A DNA stretch of 64,000 bases from Candidatus Iainarchaeum sp. (GCA_043809245.1 JAZDDZ010000042.1:1-64000), one strand, 5' to 3'; counted from the stretch's first letter, positions 52,741 to 63,123 are shown. Notes: a model not told the origin generated them from the letters alone. Made by a program: numbers and translations.

Positions 52741-53499
52741 ATGGGCAAAGGCTTTGAAAGAATTTCCACAGGCATTAAGGGTTTTGATGAATTGATTGGC
52801 GGCGGCATTCCCAAGGGGCACAAGGTTTTGATTTCTGGAGCCCCTGGAACGGGAAAATCTATTTTTTGCATGCAGGTTTTGTATAATTGTGCTAAAAAGC
52901 TCGGAAATGTTTTGTATGTTACTTTTGAGCAAAAAGAAGAGGATGTTATTAAGCAAATGGAGCGATTTGGTTGGAACATACATGACGTTAGCGGAAAGTT
53001 CAGGGTTGTTGCGCTTGACAGTGGAGAACCGGACGTAATCGAGGATTTGAAGAAAGCGGTTACAATTGAAAAATACGACATGGTTGTCGTGGATTCACTG
53101 GCTTCACTTGTTGCAAACCCAATGGATCCAAGCAAAATGGGCCCTGGCTTTAGTTTCGAGCAAGTGGTTAACACCGTGGTGCCAATGCCGATGGACGCTG
53201 AAATAATGAACCGCATCAAAGTAAAACTTGCAATTGAATGTGTGAAAGACACTAACACCACGCCTTTGTTTATTAGTGAAACAGTTGAAGGCACGCCTGG
53301 TTATAGTAGGGACACTATTAGTGAGTTTTTATGTGATGGAGTGGTATTAATGCATTATCTGGGTGTGGGTAGCTCTGAGTTTAGAAGCATGCAGGTAATG
53401 AAAATGCGGTTGACCGACCACGAGAAAGGTACAATTTTGTTTGATATTGGAAAAAATGGAATTGAATTGAGAAAAAGAGAAGAATTTGTTAAAAGATAG
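52741..53499 (+). CDS. KaiC/RAD55-like single-domain ATPase
   Basis: STGIKGFDELIGGG, GAPGTGKS, VVDS, EFLCDGVV, KMR. Confidence 0.92.
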   Translation: MGKGFERISTGIKGFDELIGGGIPKGHKVLISGAPGTGKSIFCMQVLYNCAKKLGNVLYVTFEQKEEDVIKQMERFGWNIHDVSGKFRVVALDSGEPDVIEDLKKAVTIEKYDMVVVDSLASLVANPMDPSKMGPGFSFEQVVNTVVPMPMDAEIMNRIKVKLAIECVKDTNTTPLFISETVEGTPGYSRDTISEFLCDGVVLMHYLGVGSSEFRSMQVMKMRLTDHEKGTILFDIGKNGIELRKREEFVKR

Positions 53500-53511
53500 T
53501 TGATTCTATTT

Positions 53512-54066
53512 ATGTTGGGAACTATAGCTAAACTAATGGCTGTTGGGCAGTTAAACTTTGATAAAGGTAAAATTGAGTTATTGAAACAGCCTGTTGCGAT
53601 TCTCCCAGTAGATTTTATTGTTGAAGTACAAAAACAGCTTGAGAAGGAAGGGCGAGAGAATCTTATATATTATTCTATGCGGGATGCCACTATTAGCTGG
53701 TTTAACAGTTTGTATGATTATTTTAAAATCAGCAGAGAAGATGTTGTTAAATGGGGGTTAGACATTGTAACCGCTGCCGGGTGGGGCATTACAAAAATAG
53801 ATAAAATTGATTCTAAAGAGAAAATAGTCATATTCACACTGGAGGATTCGACTTTTGCAAATCGTTATGGTAAATCCAGGCTCGCTATTGATCATTTTGC
53901 AAGGGCATGTACGGCTGGCGGTGGTGCATTAATACTTAATGCAGATGTTGAAGCCATAGAAACCAAATGTATTGCTAAAGGGGATAAATTGTGCGAGTTT
54001 ATTGTTAAAGAAAAAGACGCATGGGACAAAAATGACCCTTTAGTTAAACAGCAGCTAAAAAGATGA
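53512..54066 (+). CDS. V4R domain protein
   Basis: GWG, DHFARA, ETKCIAKGDKLCEF. Confidence 0.85.
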   Translation: MLGTIAKLMAVGQLNFDKGKIELLKQPVAILPVDFIVEVQKQLEKEGRENLIYYSMRDATISWFNSLYDYFKISREDVVKWGLDIVTAAGWGITKIDKIDSKEKIVIFTLEDSTFANRYGKSRLAIDHFARACTAGGGALILNADVEAIETKCIAKGDKLCEFIVKEKDAWDKNDPLVKQQLKR

Positions 54067-55423
54067 ATGTCTGTTTATCTCCGTTGCTACATTTATCCCA
54101 GATTTAACTGCCTGGGTACAACAGGATACATTGGGCTGTGTTGAATCACCAACACAGAACAAGCCTTCAATTGATAGTTTATTTTGGGGTTTTTGCATTT
54201 TTTTTGTTTCAATTAACCCGAATATGGAATCAGAGCCAAGTTCTTTCAAATATGTTGTTGGTGTCATTTTTTCAATCCAGATTATTTTGTTTTCAAAATC
54301 AGGGATTATATCATTTGCCTGCTTCAATATTTTTTCAAATTTCTTATTAATGTTTTGGGAGGATTCATTTTTTTTCACAATAGTCATTATAGTGCCACAC
54401 TGAATACCTTTTGGCGATAGCGAGTGGTCTATATTTGTGGGAATCGCTAATAACATTGTAGCATTTTCAGATATTTTCCCTTCAAGCAAACCAAAATATT
54501 CTTCTTCGATATTTTCAGAAATTTGATATACGCATAGCGTGTTTTCTTTTAACAGAGGTTGTCTTGATTTTAGCGCAAAAAGAATGCTCATAATGGAAAT
54601 ATTTGGCTTTAGTTCACCCATTTTTTTTACGAATGATTCATTGAAATTATTTGCTCCCGCAAGTTTTATTGTTTGGTTAATGTCAAGATTGCTTATAATG
54701 TTTTCTGCGTAAATTGGGCCATCTTTGGTTTCAACACCTATTGCTTTATTTGACTCTAGTATTATTTTTTTTTACTTCTGAGTTTGTTTTTATTATCCCG
54801 TTATTTCTATTTATGGTTTTGGATAATCCATCTGATATTGCCCCTGTCCCGCCTAGAGGGTATACTGGATTGTCAAATCGGTATTCATGCCCTAAAAAGA
54901 AATATTTAAAATATTCTGCCGGCAAATCCTCAGGATGCGCCCCGGAAAGAAGGCTTGCCGATTTTAGATAGTTTCTTAGACTATCGTGATTTGTTAGATT
55001 ATGCACTATGTGGTTAAATGATTCTTGATTTGATAGGTATCCAAAATTTTTGTGTAGGAGTGATTTTATTATAAATTTTAGCGTATGTCTTCTTTTAACC
55101 CCGTGTTTTTTTAATTCGTTGAATGTATGTAGCCCCTGCGGCATTGTTAGGAATTTGTTGTTGCAAAATATTTGATATTTTACTGGCTTAAATATTGTTT
55201 TACTTTCTAATTTGCGTATTATTTTTTTTATTGCCCCCCCTAGCATTACTGCACCAATATCAACAGTGCAACCATTAATTGTTCTTGAAGAGCATCTACC
55301 GCCAAGATATTCGCTTTTTTCTAATACTATTGCCTTATTTTTTTTTGACAATTCTGCAGCGCATACAAGGCCGCCTAATCCCGCGCCAACTATTATCGCT
55401 TTGTATTCTTTCATTTGAATCAC
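54055..55423 (-). pseudogene. Phytoene desaturase/CrtI-like FAD oxidoreductase, frameshifted at an A9 run
   Basis: IVGAGLGG, LGGR, YPLGG; deleting one A at 54765-54773 joins it to the 54055-54621 ORF (GLFCVGDSTQP). Confidence 0.8.
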
Positions 55424-56286
55424 TTTAGTAATAAATTAGCAATCCCATAACTCAATTGTATTAGAATACTTGCAGTCATCCCCAGCGTTACTGTTTTTGA
55501 TTGAGTAACTACAGTCTCTTTCTTTTTTATTAAGTTTAAGAATATTTTTGCTAGAATCAATAAAACTATTATTGAAAATATGCTTGGGTAGAGAAATTTG
55601 TTGTTTATAATGTTAAAACTGCTTAAAGCAAGCATTGCTATTATTAGAATTAAATATGCGCCAATTATGAAATATATTGTCTTCTTTTTGCCAAGTATAT
55701 TTGGCAATGTTATAAAACCTAATTTTTTTTCTCCTTTGGCATCCTCTATGTCTTTAATTGGCGACATTATAAAACCAATAAGCACGAAAAATAGAAAGAA
55801 AATTTGTGGAAAAACAAAATTGGTTATCGCCCAAGCGGAAAGGAAAGGTAGTATAGCATAGAAGAGTGTTCCAAATATATTTGAGGAGAAAGGAATTTTT
55901 CTTAAACGTATAGATGGATTAGAGTAAAGAATCGAAACCACAGCATAAGTTAGGGCTAATAAAAAAAAGACATAGTTAGTGTATAACGCGAGGGCAACAC
56001 CTATAAAATAAAATATAATTGATACCATATATGCTTCTTTTATCGTTATTTTTTTTGCAGGTAGTGGTCGTTGTGGTTTGTTTATTTTATCTAAATCTAT
56101 ATCACATATTTGATTGTATGCGTTAAACCCTAGAACTATTGCTGATAAAGACAGTATTGTTGTTGCTAAGATTAATGGTTCCAAAGTACCGCCAATGATT
56201 AAAGCTGCGGCTAATGTGCTGAAAATAGTAATAATTAAATATTCTGGCACTGTTAACTCTATTAAGTTCTTTAAATTTAGGGGCAT
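55420..56286 (-). CDS. UbiA family prenyltransferase (DGGGP synthase-like)
   Basis: NQICDIDLDKINKPQRPLP, KDIEDAKGE, multiple TMs. Confidence 0.88.
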   Translation of the reverse strand: MPLNLKNLIELTVPEYLIITIFSTLAAALIIGGTLEPLILATTILSLSAIVLGFNAYNQICDIDLDKINKPQRPLPAKKITIKEAYMVSIIFYFIGVALALYTNYVFFLLALTYAVVSILYSNPSIRLRKIPFSSNIFGTLFYAILPFLSAWAITNFVFPQIFFLFFVLIGFIMSPIKDIEDAKGEKKLGFITLPNILGKKKTIYFIIGAYLILIIAMLALSSFNIINNKFLYPSIFSIIVLLILAKIFLNLIKKKETVVTQSKTVTLGMTASILIQLSYGIANLLLK

Positions 56287-56341
56287 GATTTTTATATTAG
56301 GTCTTATGTATTATTAATAAATAGCATTTAAAGGAATTGTC

Positions 56342-57436
56342 ATGAAGTACAGGATAATTGGCGCTGGTCCCGCTGGTCTTAGTGCGGCTATAACTCTTGC
56401 GAGAGAGGGGTATAAGGTTGATGTTTTTGAGCAGACTTCGATGGTTGGCGGGCACACAGGCAATAACATTCAGGCAATGAGAAATTATGGGCCAGATAAA
56501 GATATTTTGGGTAGGTTTAAGAAGGAAGCGAGTATTGATTTAAAGCACGTTAATTCGATTTATAAGATTGTGAAGTTTTCTCCTTCGCATAGGTTTGACG
56601 AAATTTATTCTAAAGATAAGCCTCTTTTTTATACTTTTAAGCGCGGGGTTGAGCATGATTCGCTTGAAAATCAGTTGGCTGAACAGGCTAGGTCCAGTGG
56701 CGTTAATATTTTGCTTGGGACTAAGGCAAATGTTGTTGACGGGCATGTTGTTGCTTGTGGTTCAAAGTTTGGTCCTTCAGGCAGGGGTTTTGGGGCGCTT
56801 TATGAGAATTCTGATTTTGATGAGGAAAAAATTGTGTTCTTTTTTGGCAACAAATATGTTCCACACGGTTATGCATACATTGCGCCTTTTGGAAAAAAGC
56901 AGGTTACTATTGCAATAACTTCTTTTGTCAGATCTGATTTTGCGCATATGGAGAAAAATTTTAACCAGTTTGTTGCCAATGATGAGGTGGTTAAAAAGAT
57001 TATTGGGGAGGCTTATGAATTAAATCGTTTTTCTGGTTATGGCCACATCAATATACCGCACACAGCCGTGCATAAGCATAAATATTTTGTCGGCGGAGCT
57101 GCAGGGTTCGTTGACCCAGCCAGGGGGTTTGGGATTAAATATGCAATTATTTCGGGTTTGTTGGCTGCAAAAGCGATTGTCGGAGAATCTGATTATGATG
57201 ACTTGTGGAAAAATGATTTCAAAAATGAGCTATTAGAGGGTTTTAACCGCAGGATGCTTTTGAATAATTTGAAAATCAAGGATTATGAGAAATTTGTTGA
57301 GGGAAAAAAAATTAGCATTGGCGAATATGAAAAGGTTCCTTCCTCGCTTAAAAAATTATTGCTTCAGGCAAATGGCGCAATCAAGTTAATGCAGTGGAGA
57401 AAAGACTTTGATTTTGAGAAACTATTTCATGATTAA
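56342..57436 (+). CDS. Geranylgeranyl reductase-like flavoprotein
   Basis: IIGAGPAG, PHGYAYIAP, VGGAAGFVDPARGFGI. Confidence 0.8.
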   Translation: MKYRIIGAGPAGLSAAITLAREGYKVDVFEQTSMVGGHTGNNIQAMRNYGPDKDILGRFKKEASIDLKHVNSIYKIVKFSPSHRFDEIYSKDKPLFYTFKRGVEHDSLENQLAEQARSSGVNILLGTKANVVDGHVVACGSKFGPSGRGFGALYENSDFDEEKIVFFFGNKYVPHGYAYIAPFGKKQVTIAITSFVRSDFAHMEKNFNQFVANDEVVKKIIGEAYELNRFSGYGHINIPHTAVHKHKYFVGGAAGFVDPARGFGIKYAIISGLLAAKAIVGESDYDDLWKNDFKNELLEGFNRRMLLNNLKIKDYEKFVEGKKISIGEYEKVPSSLKKLLLQANGAIKLMQWRKDFDFEKLFHD

Positions 57437-57477
57437 TTTACGTAAGTCTTACTCTCTTGTGAAACTAATTAAAATGA

Positions 57478-57864
57478 TTAAATTGCCGCTGTCCTTTGTT
57501 CTGATATTTTGAATCGGGGATCACTTTTTGCAAGCACGAGGGAAATTTCTTTTAGGTTTTTACATTTGCTTAGGTCAATAAATTTATGGGTGAAACCAGC
57601 CGTTTGAAGATTTTTTTTCAAATTTTTAGTGCTTTTCTTGAAATCTTCTTTTGAACAGGGATCTCCAATTTTTGCTATAAATGGGGCTCCGTCTTTAATT
57701 CCTCTTGAAACTGTTTCTATTTTCCCATCTTTGGTTAACTTGCTTGAAATTTGTAGGTAGGCTGAGCCATCAGAGTTTTCAAAGACATGAATTTGGTAGT
57801 ATTTTTCCCCTTTATTAAAGTCAACTTTAAACTCTTCTTTTTTTTGTTTTTCTATTCCCCCCAT
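57478..57864 (-). CDS. Hypothetical protein
   Basis: ORF only. Confidence 0.5.
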   Translation of the reverse strand: MGGIEKQKKEEFKVDFNKGEKYYQIHVFENSDGSAYLQISSKLTKDGKIETVSRGIKDGAPFIAKIGDPCSKEDFKKSTKNLKKNLQTAGFTHKFIDLSKCKNLKEISLVLAKSDPRFKISEQRTAAI

Positions 57865-58190
57865 TTTTTTGCCTTTAAAAAGCCTTTAAACCGATAATTT
57901 CTTAAACTTCAATTGTCTTATTTTATTGGGTTTTTTTGTATGCCGATGGTTGGTCAGGGTAGAAAGCATTTTTTGGAGTCTCCTGTTTTGCAGTTGTCTA
58001 TGCCTTTTGGTGAGAGGCGTTTTAGGCGTGCTTTTCATTTTATTCCTGTTTTGGCGAAAAGGGATAGGGTGTTTGCTGATGCTGTTGCAAGCATTAGGGT
58101 TAAGGGTTTGTCTAAAGCGGAGATGGATAGGTTGGTTTGGTCCGAGGTAATGAATGCCATGGAGCGTTATAGGCAAAAAGGCGGTTTTGT

Positions 58191-58652
58191 TTAGGGTTCA
58201 ACCGGGAATGGATTCAACTTGAATTTGTCTGTCATTATTACCATGTTTGAGTCAACGTTTTTGATTTCCTTGTGTGAAAGCAGTTCTTTGATGAATGGTT
58301 CTAGTTCTTGTGGGTCTTTGAATTTGGTTAACGCAATCATGTCGTAATTGCCAATGACTTCTAGCACGCCTATTACGTTTTTGTGTAGGCATAATTGTTT
58401 TTTTAACTCGTATTTGAATTTTTGGTCATGAAAAGTAATCTCGATTAAACTCATTATTTTGTAGCCGATTTTGTCCAAGTCAAAGTCCACAAAAGCGCCT
58501 TTGATTATTCCCTTCTCTTTTAATGCTTTGATGCGGTCGTATACAGTGGATAGGGGGATGTCGAGGGCTTTTGCCATTTCTTTGTAGTCCGCGTCCTCTT
58601 TTTCCAAGAGATAATTGATGATTTTGAAGTCCGCGGGATTCAATTCAACCAT
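58191..58652 (-). CDS. Lrp/AsnC family transcriptional regulator
   Basis: DFKII..MAKALDIPLSTVYDRIKALKEKGII, GNYD; palindrome CTCGTAT-A-ATACGAG at 58663-58677. Confidence 0.92.
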   Translation of the reverse strand: MVELNPADFKIINYLLEKEDADYKEMAKALDIPLSTVYDRIKALKEKGIIKGAFVDFDLDKIGYKIMSLIEITFHDQKFKYELKKQLCLHKNVIGVLEVIGNYDMIALTKFKDPQELEPFIKELLSHKEIKNVDSNMVIMTDKFKLNPFPVEP

Positions 58653-58870
58653 GTTTTTAATCCTCGTATAATACGAGTACCAAGCCCATATATTAACTTT
58701 CCGATTAAAACTCTATTTTTTCCGAAAAATTGGTGCTTATTTTTAAATACTCGGAGAACTGCAAAGAGTCTTAAAGCGTTGAATGCATTTTGAAGAGTTT
58801 AACTTGACAATACCTTGTGGTTGATTTTTGTTTTACTCAAAAATTATTAAGCCTGGGAGAGTTGGTTTTA

Positions 58871-59203
58871 ATGGAGAATTTGATGCGGGATTGGACTATT
58901 AAACTGCCTTTTTTGGGTAGAAAAGAGAAAACCATTGCCGAGCTCATCATTTGTACTTTGACGAAGGAGTGGCCTTTGTCCACTAGGGGGCTGCATAAGA
59001 GAATCAATCAGCAGTATTCAAAGGAGGTTTCCATTCAGGGGGTTCACAAGGCTGCGAGAAAGCTTCGCAATGAACAAATTCTAGCCAGGGAAGGAAGCCA
59101 TTACAAGTTAAACCGCGCTTGGTTGAAACAGTTGAAAAAATTTTGTGTTAAAGTAGAAGGCGATTATAGGGCGAGCGAAACCATGCTGAAAGGCATTCCA
59201 TAA
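58871..59203 (+). CDS. Winged-helix hypothetical protein
   Basis: WPLSTRGLH..VSIQGVHKA..L; start may be GTG 58817. Confidence 0.6.
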   Translation: MENLMRDWTIKLPFLGRKEKTIAELIICTLTKEWPLSTRGLHKRINQQYSKEVSIQGVHKAARKLRNEQILAREGSHYKLNRAWLKQLKKFCVKVEGDYRASETMLKGIP

Positions 59204-59218
59204 AAAAAAGGGGGGATA

Positions 59219-59668
59219 ATGGTAATGGATTTTTTGAAAAAATTCAAGGAGATTCAAGCAATTGAAACTGAAGCGGAGCCAAAGGATTGCATTGAAGCAG
59301 CCGAGTTGAGGAAACTGCCTTTGTCAATGCTTTTGAAAGCAATTTTGTTGGAAGACAAAGGGAACAATCATTATCTTGCCTGCATTTTGGCGGACAAAAA
59401 ACTTAACCTGAAAAAGATTGCAAAAATAATGGGTTGCAAAAGGCTTAGCTTTGCACCACAAAACACGGTGCTAGAGAAAACCGGTTGCCCACCCGGAGCA
59501 GTCGCCCCATACACTGACAGTTACCCCTTATTATGGGATAAAAGCGTTACATCCATGAACCAAGTCAACATCAGCGCGGGAAACAAAAAAATCTCTTACA
59601 ATGTCAGCGTGCCGGAGTTGCATGAAATTACGCAGCCAAAAATCTTGGATTTTGTCGAAGGGGGTTAA
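59219..59668 (+). CDS. YbaK/ProX-family aminoacyl-tRNA deacylase-like protein
   Basis: LLKAILL, LSFA, TGCPPGAVAP (GxxxP), SAG. Confidence 0.85.
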   Translation: MVMDFLKKFKEIQAIETEAEPKDCIEAAELRKLPLSMLLKAILLEDKGNNHYLACILADKKLNLKKIAKIMGCKRLSFAPQNTVLEKTGCPPGAVAPYTDSYPLLWDKSVTSMNQVNISAGNKKISYNVSVPELHEITQPKILDFVEGG

Positions 59669-59671
59669 AAG

Positions 59672-59689
59672 TTCAACTTTTTAGTTGAA
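59672..59689. promoter_or_regulatory. Palindrome upstream of methyltransferase-PLP operon
   Basis: TTCAACT-TTTT-AGTTGAA. Confidence 0.4.
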
Positions 59690-59777
59690 GAAAATTCAAC
59701 CAAACGAATATTAATGGTGGAAAAAGGATTATTAAAGGACAAAAAAAGTTTTTTGGGAAACGAGTAGAGGTTGGGGC

Positions 59778-62135
59778 ATGATTAAGAGAATCGGGTCAGA
59801 GGCAACCATCACTCTTGCAAAAGGGGTGGACAACCAAGAGTTTTGGAGCCTTTGGCAGGACATGTACCCTGTTTACAAAAAAATTTATCCTTCAATGAAC
59901 CCAAAGCTCTATAGAGACAAGTTTTTGGAGAAAATAAGCGAATCAAACGGGGATAAACTCGATATTCTGATTTGTGGTGCGGGGGATGAGGATACTCTTT
60001 TTTTTGTGAATAAAGTTCTTGGCGAGAATTTTAAACAAAAAGATTGCAGTATAACTTTAATTGATTTTTGCAGCACTGCCTTGGAGCGAAATAAAAGGTT
60101 TGCGGAAAAAAACGGTTTGAATGTTGGCTTTGTCTTTCAGGACATTCTTAAATTTCGTCAAAGAAAAAAATTTCAAGCAATTGTAAGTGATGGTTTCATT
60201 GATTTTTTTGACGAGAAAGGGAAAAACAAGTTGCTTGAAAAATGGTTGGAGCTATTGGAAGAGGAAGGAACGGTTATAACAACTATTCCAATTGAGGCGC
60301 CGGGGAAAAGCAAAAGTCATTTGATGGATTATTCTCGCATAGCATTTAATGCTTTGAAGAAGAAAAATAATCCTTTTGAAAAAATTTTTGAGTACAGGGC
60401 TTTGGTTCACGCGTGCAAAAAATTGAGGCATAAAGGCAAAAACAAGGCTTTCAAATCAATTGAGGAATTTGAAAAAGTTTGCGCAGAAAAGGGCTTTGGC
60501 ATAACTTTTTTTGAGCCCTTTTACAGGTACAGGGATCCTTCTTGGATGTGGTATAATTGTGTGTTGACTAAAAAGGCGAAAGGGCATTCTGGGGACCGCT
60601 TGGAGTTGATTAACGAGATTAAGAGCATGGTTGGGCAGGAAAAAGGCAGGTTAGAGGAGCGAATTTTTTTGCTTGATAAAACCCTTGGTTTGGGGGGTGT
60701 AAGTGCTTTGGATAAAGAGATTATTCAGAGGAACAAACAGGATGTTTTGGGGGCGGTTCGTGATTTGGAGTGGCTTGAATCTTATGTGAAAGACAAGTCG
60801 GTTTCTGATGAAAAGGTTTTCAACGAAATAATTAAAGTCGGGAACTATGTTTTTAGGAAAAGCGTTTCAGTTAGGACCAGCATGCTGAGGCATACTCCAA
60901 CGCTTAGGGGGTTGCCGTTGTCTTTGGAGCCAAACCAAAATCATTTGCTTTCAAAAAAAATGCATACTGTTGATTATGCGCGGGGTGGCTATGTTTTGTT
61001 CCAACAGCCTGGGAAAGAGCCTAAAACTCTTTTCAAGGACCACCCTGACTTGAAAAAAATTGCCGAGGAAATCAAAGTTAAGATTTACGGTGAATCGCCT
61101 AACACAAAGGCTGTTTTGTTTACTTGTGGTTTGGGCGCGGTTAACACTTTTGTTGATTATTTGAGGTCGCTTTCAAGAAAAAGCGGGCGAAAAAATTTTT
61201 TGGGCGAGAATTGTTGGCTTGAGTTGAAAAAACATGTATTGGAGTCAAACGACTCGTCGTTTGTTTTTTTTGATGAAACGGATAAGCAAAAAATTATTGA
61301 GTTGATTAAGGATGAGAGTGTGCAATCCATTGGCTTGGAGGGAATACAGAATTACGCGACTTTGAGGGCTAGTGATTTGGAGGAAATATTTGAAGTGATT
61401 AAGAAGACGAGGTTTAGGCAGCCAAAGTTTTTGGTGTTGGATCACGTGGTTACTTTTGACTCTAATGTTTTTGAAAAGTATTTGAAAAAAATGCCGAAAA
61501 ACTTTTGCTTGGCGGCTTTTGTGAGTGGCATAAAGTTTTTTCAGGGGGGTTTTGACATTGGAAAATCTGGTTTGTTGTTTTTAAAGTATAATGAAAGGGA
61601 TTTTGGCAAAAAAATTGACCCGTATCAGAGGGTAATTGAGATTAGGGCGGGTTCGGGTAGAGTGCCTTCACTTGAAGAGGCTCACATTAGCAACATTGAC
61701 ACTGTTGAGAGCTTGAAGAGCAGGATGAAGCGGTATGACAGGAACATGCGGGAACTTGCAAAAAAATTGGAGAAAAATTTTTTGTTGAATGGTCTTGGAG
61801 AGGTTTTTTCGGCTTGGCTGCCGAATCACGCAGATTATGAAACCGCGAATAGGTGTTATTCTAATGGGGGCAGGATTTTGTATTTGAAGTTGGATGAAAA
61901 GCGGTTTTCTGAGCCAAAGTTGTTGGAGCTTTACCGGCACTTGGCTGACGAGGCTTTTGCCGAGAGAGTGCCTTTGATGGCTGCTTCTAATTTTGGTTTT
62001 TGCGCTCCGCATATTCACATGGTTAGGCATAACAAGGTTGGGCTTTCGTTAAGGATTTCTAGTGGAAGCACTGATGGCTCTACAACCGATAAGATCGGGG
62101 ATTTTGTTACAAAAAAAATTGAGGGTTTTGCATGA
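59778..62135 (+). CDS. Fusion: class I methyltransferase-like domain + Cys/Met metabolism PLP enzyme
   Basis: N-term ILICGAG, LIDFC, QDIL; C-term FTCGLGAV, VLDH, SGIKFFQGGFD, RMKRYDRN, LPNHADY, SNFG, LRISSG. Confidence 0.8.
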   Translation: MIKRIGSEATITLAKGVDNQEFWSLWQDMYPVYKKIYPSMNPKLYRDKFLEKISESNGDKLDILICGAGDEDTLFFVNKVLGENFKQKDCSITLIDFCSTALERNKRFAEKNGLNVGFVFQDILKFRQRKKFQAIVSDGFIDFFDEKGKNKLLEKWLELLEEEGTVITTIPIEAPGKSKSHLMDYSRIAFNALKKKNNPFEKIFEYRALVHACKKLRHKGKNKAFKSIEEFEKVCAEKGFGITFFEPFYRYRDPSWMWYNCVLTKKAKGHSGDRLELINEIKSMVGQEKGRLEERIFLLDKTLGLGGVSALDKEIIQRNKQDVLGAVRDLEWLESYVKDKSVSDEKVFNEIIKVGNYVFRKSVSVRTSMLRHTPTLRGLPLSLEPNQNHLLSKKMHTVDYARGGYVLFQQPGKEPKTLFKDHPDLKKIAEEIKVKIYGESPNTKAVLFTCGLGAVNTFVDYLRSLSRKSGRKNFLGENCWLELKKHVLESNDSSFVFFDETDKQKIIELIKDESVQSIGLEGIQNYATLRASDLEEIFEVIKKTRFRQPKFLVLDHVVTFDSNVFEKYLKKMPKNFCLAAFVSGIKFFQGGFDIGKSGLLFLKYNERDFGKKIDPYQRVIEIRAGSGRVPSLEEAHISNIDTVESLKSRMKRYDRNMRELAKKLEKNFLLNGLGEVFSAWLPNHADYETANRCYSNGGRILYLKLDEKRFSEPKLLELYRHLADEAFAERVPLMAASNFGFCAPHIHMVRHNKVGLSLRISSGSTDGSTTDKIGDFVTKKIEGFA

Positions 62136-63091
62136 TTAGAAAACAGGTTGTTTCTGGTTTGTTTGACTCGCTTGTGAATAAGCGGGTGAGTATTCTTTAT
62201 AACGAGAGAATGTATCCTGTAAAGAAGAGGCTTGAGGAAAACTGGGTTTATTATGCTTTTAGTGGTTTTAAGGTTTTGAACGCGGAACTTGAGCGGCGGG
62301 GGAGGCCTGTTGAAAGTTTTGCTGCGATTGGTTCGGGTAATGGTGTTGATGCTCTTGGGGCTCACTTTGTTTTCAAAAAAGCCAAGCGTTTTTTTATTAC
62401 GGATATTGACTCTGAGGTGATTGGTTTGGCGTTGAATAATTTTCACAATAATTGTGAGAGGAGAACTGGTTTGGAGGTTACGGCTTTGTCTGGGAATTTG
62501 ACTGCGCCTTTGGTTGAAAAGGAGGTTGAATGTGATTTGGTTTACGCTAATTTGCCGAACATTCCTTTGTGGAGTGAGTCGCAGAAAAAGGGTTTTGGTT
62601 TGTCCACTTTTTATAATCCAGGGGCTGTTGATAGGGTGCCTTCAAAAATCGGGGATTATTTGTTGGGTTTGCAGTATCGTTTTTTGAGGTCTGCTCCGGC
62701 TTCGCTTAGCAAAAAGGGGAGTGTGGTGCAGTTGATTGGGGGTAGGTTTCCGGTTAAAATTTTTGACGCGTTGTTCAAGAGGACTGAGTTTGAGTTGGAG
62801 TCGCTTTGCCTTGGTTTTAAGCCTCAAACCGAGGCTAAGGAGGTGTTGGAGGGTTATTCTAGGGCTGAAAAGCAGAATGGCGTGGAATTCATTTTTTATG
62901 ATTATGCCAGGGGTTTGAAAAGATTGCGTGCGCTTGGGGAGAGTAATTTGGTTGTTGGAAAGAAAATGTTTTTTCTTGAAAAGGAGTTGGGGGATTTTGC
63001 TTTTACGGCGACACAGGCTTTAAAGGAGTTTAAGGGGGGGAAGCGTATTGGTCATTCTTGCCATGTTTTGAGGGGCAAATATTTAAGTTAA
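62132..63091 (+). CDS. SAM-dependent methyltransferase resembling methionine S-methyltransferase (MmtN/MMT)
   Basis: IGSGNG, TDID, DLVYANLPNI, LGLQYRFL, GGRF, EFIFY, TATQA, IGHSCHVLRG. Confidence 0.65.
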   Translation: MIRKQVVSGLFDSLVNKRVSILYNERMYPVKKRLEENWVYYAFSGFKVLNAELERRGRPVESFAAIGSGNGVDALGAHFVFKKAKRFFITDIDSEVIGLALNNFHNNCERRTGLEVTALSGNLTAPLVEKEVECDLVYANLPNIPLWSESQKKGFGLSTFYNPGAVDRVPSKIGDYLLGLQYRFLRSAPASLSKKGSVVQLIGGRFPVKIFDALFKRTEFELESLCLGFKPQTEAKEVLEGYSRAEKQNGVEFIFYDYARGLKRLRALGESNLVVGKKMFFLEKELGDFAFTATQALKEFKGGKRIGHSCHVLRGKYLS

Positions 63092-63123
63092 CAAAAAGCA
63101 TAATATGTGAGGTGAAATGTTTT

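Noticed and set aside
57886-58194. Overlapping small ORFs on both strands
   Set aside because: Cannot decide which, if any, is real; no motif
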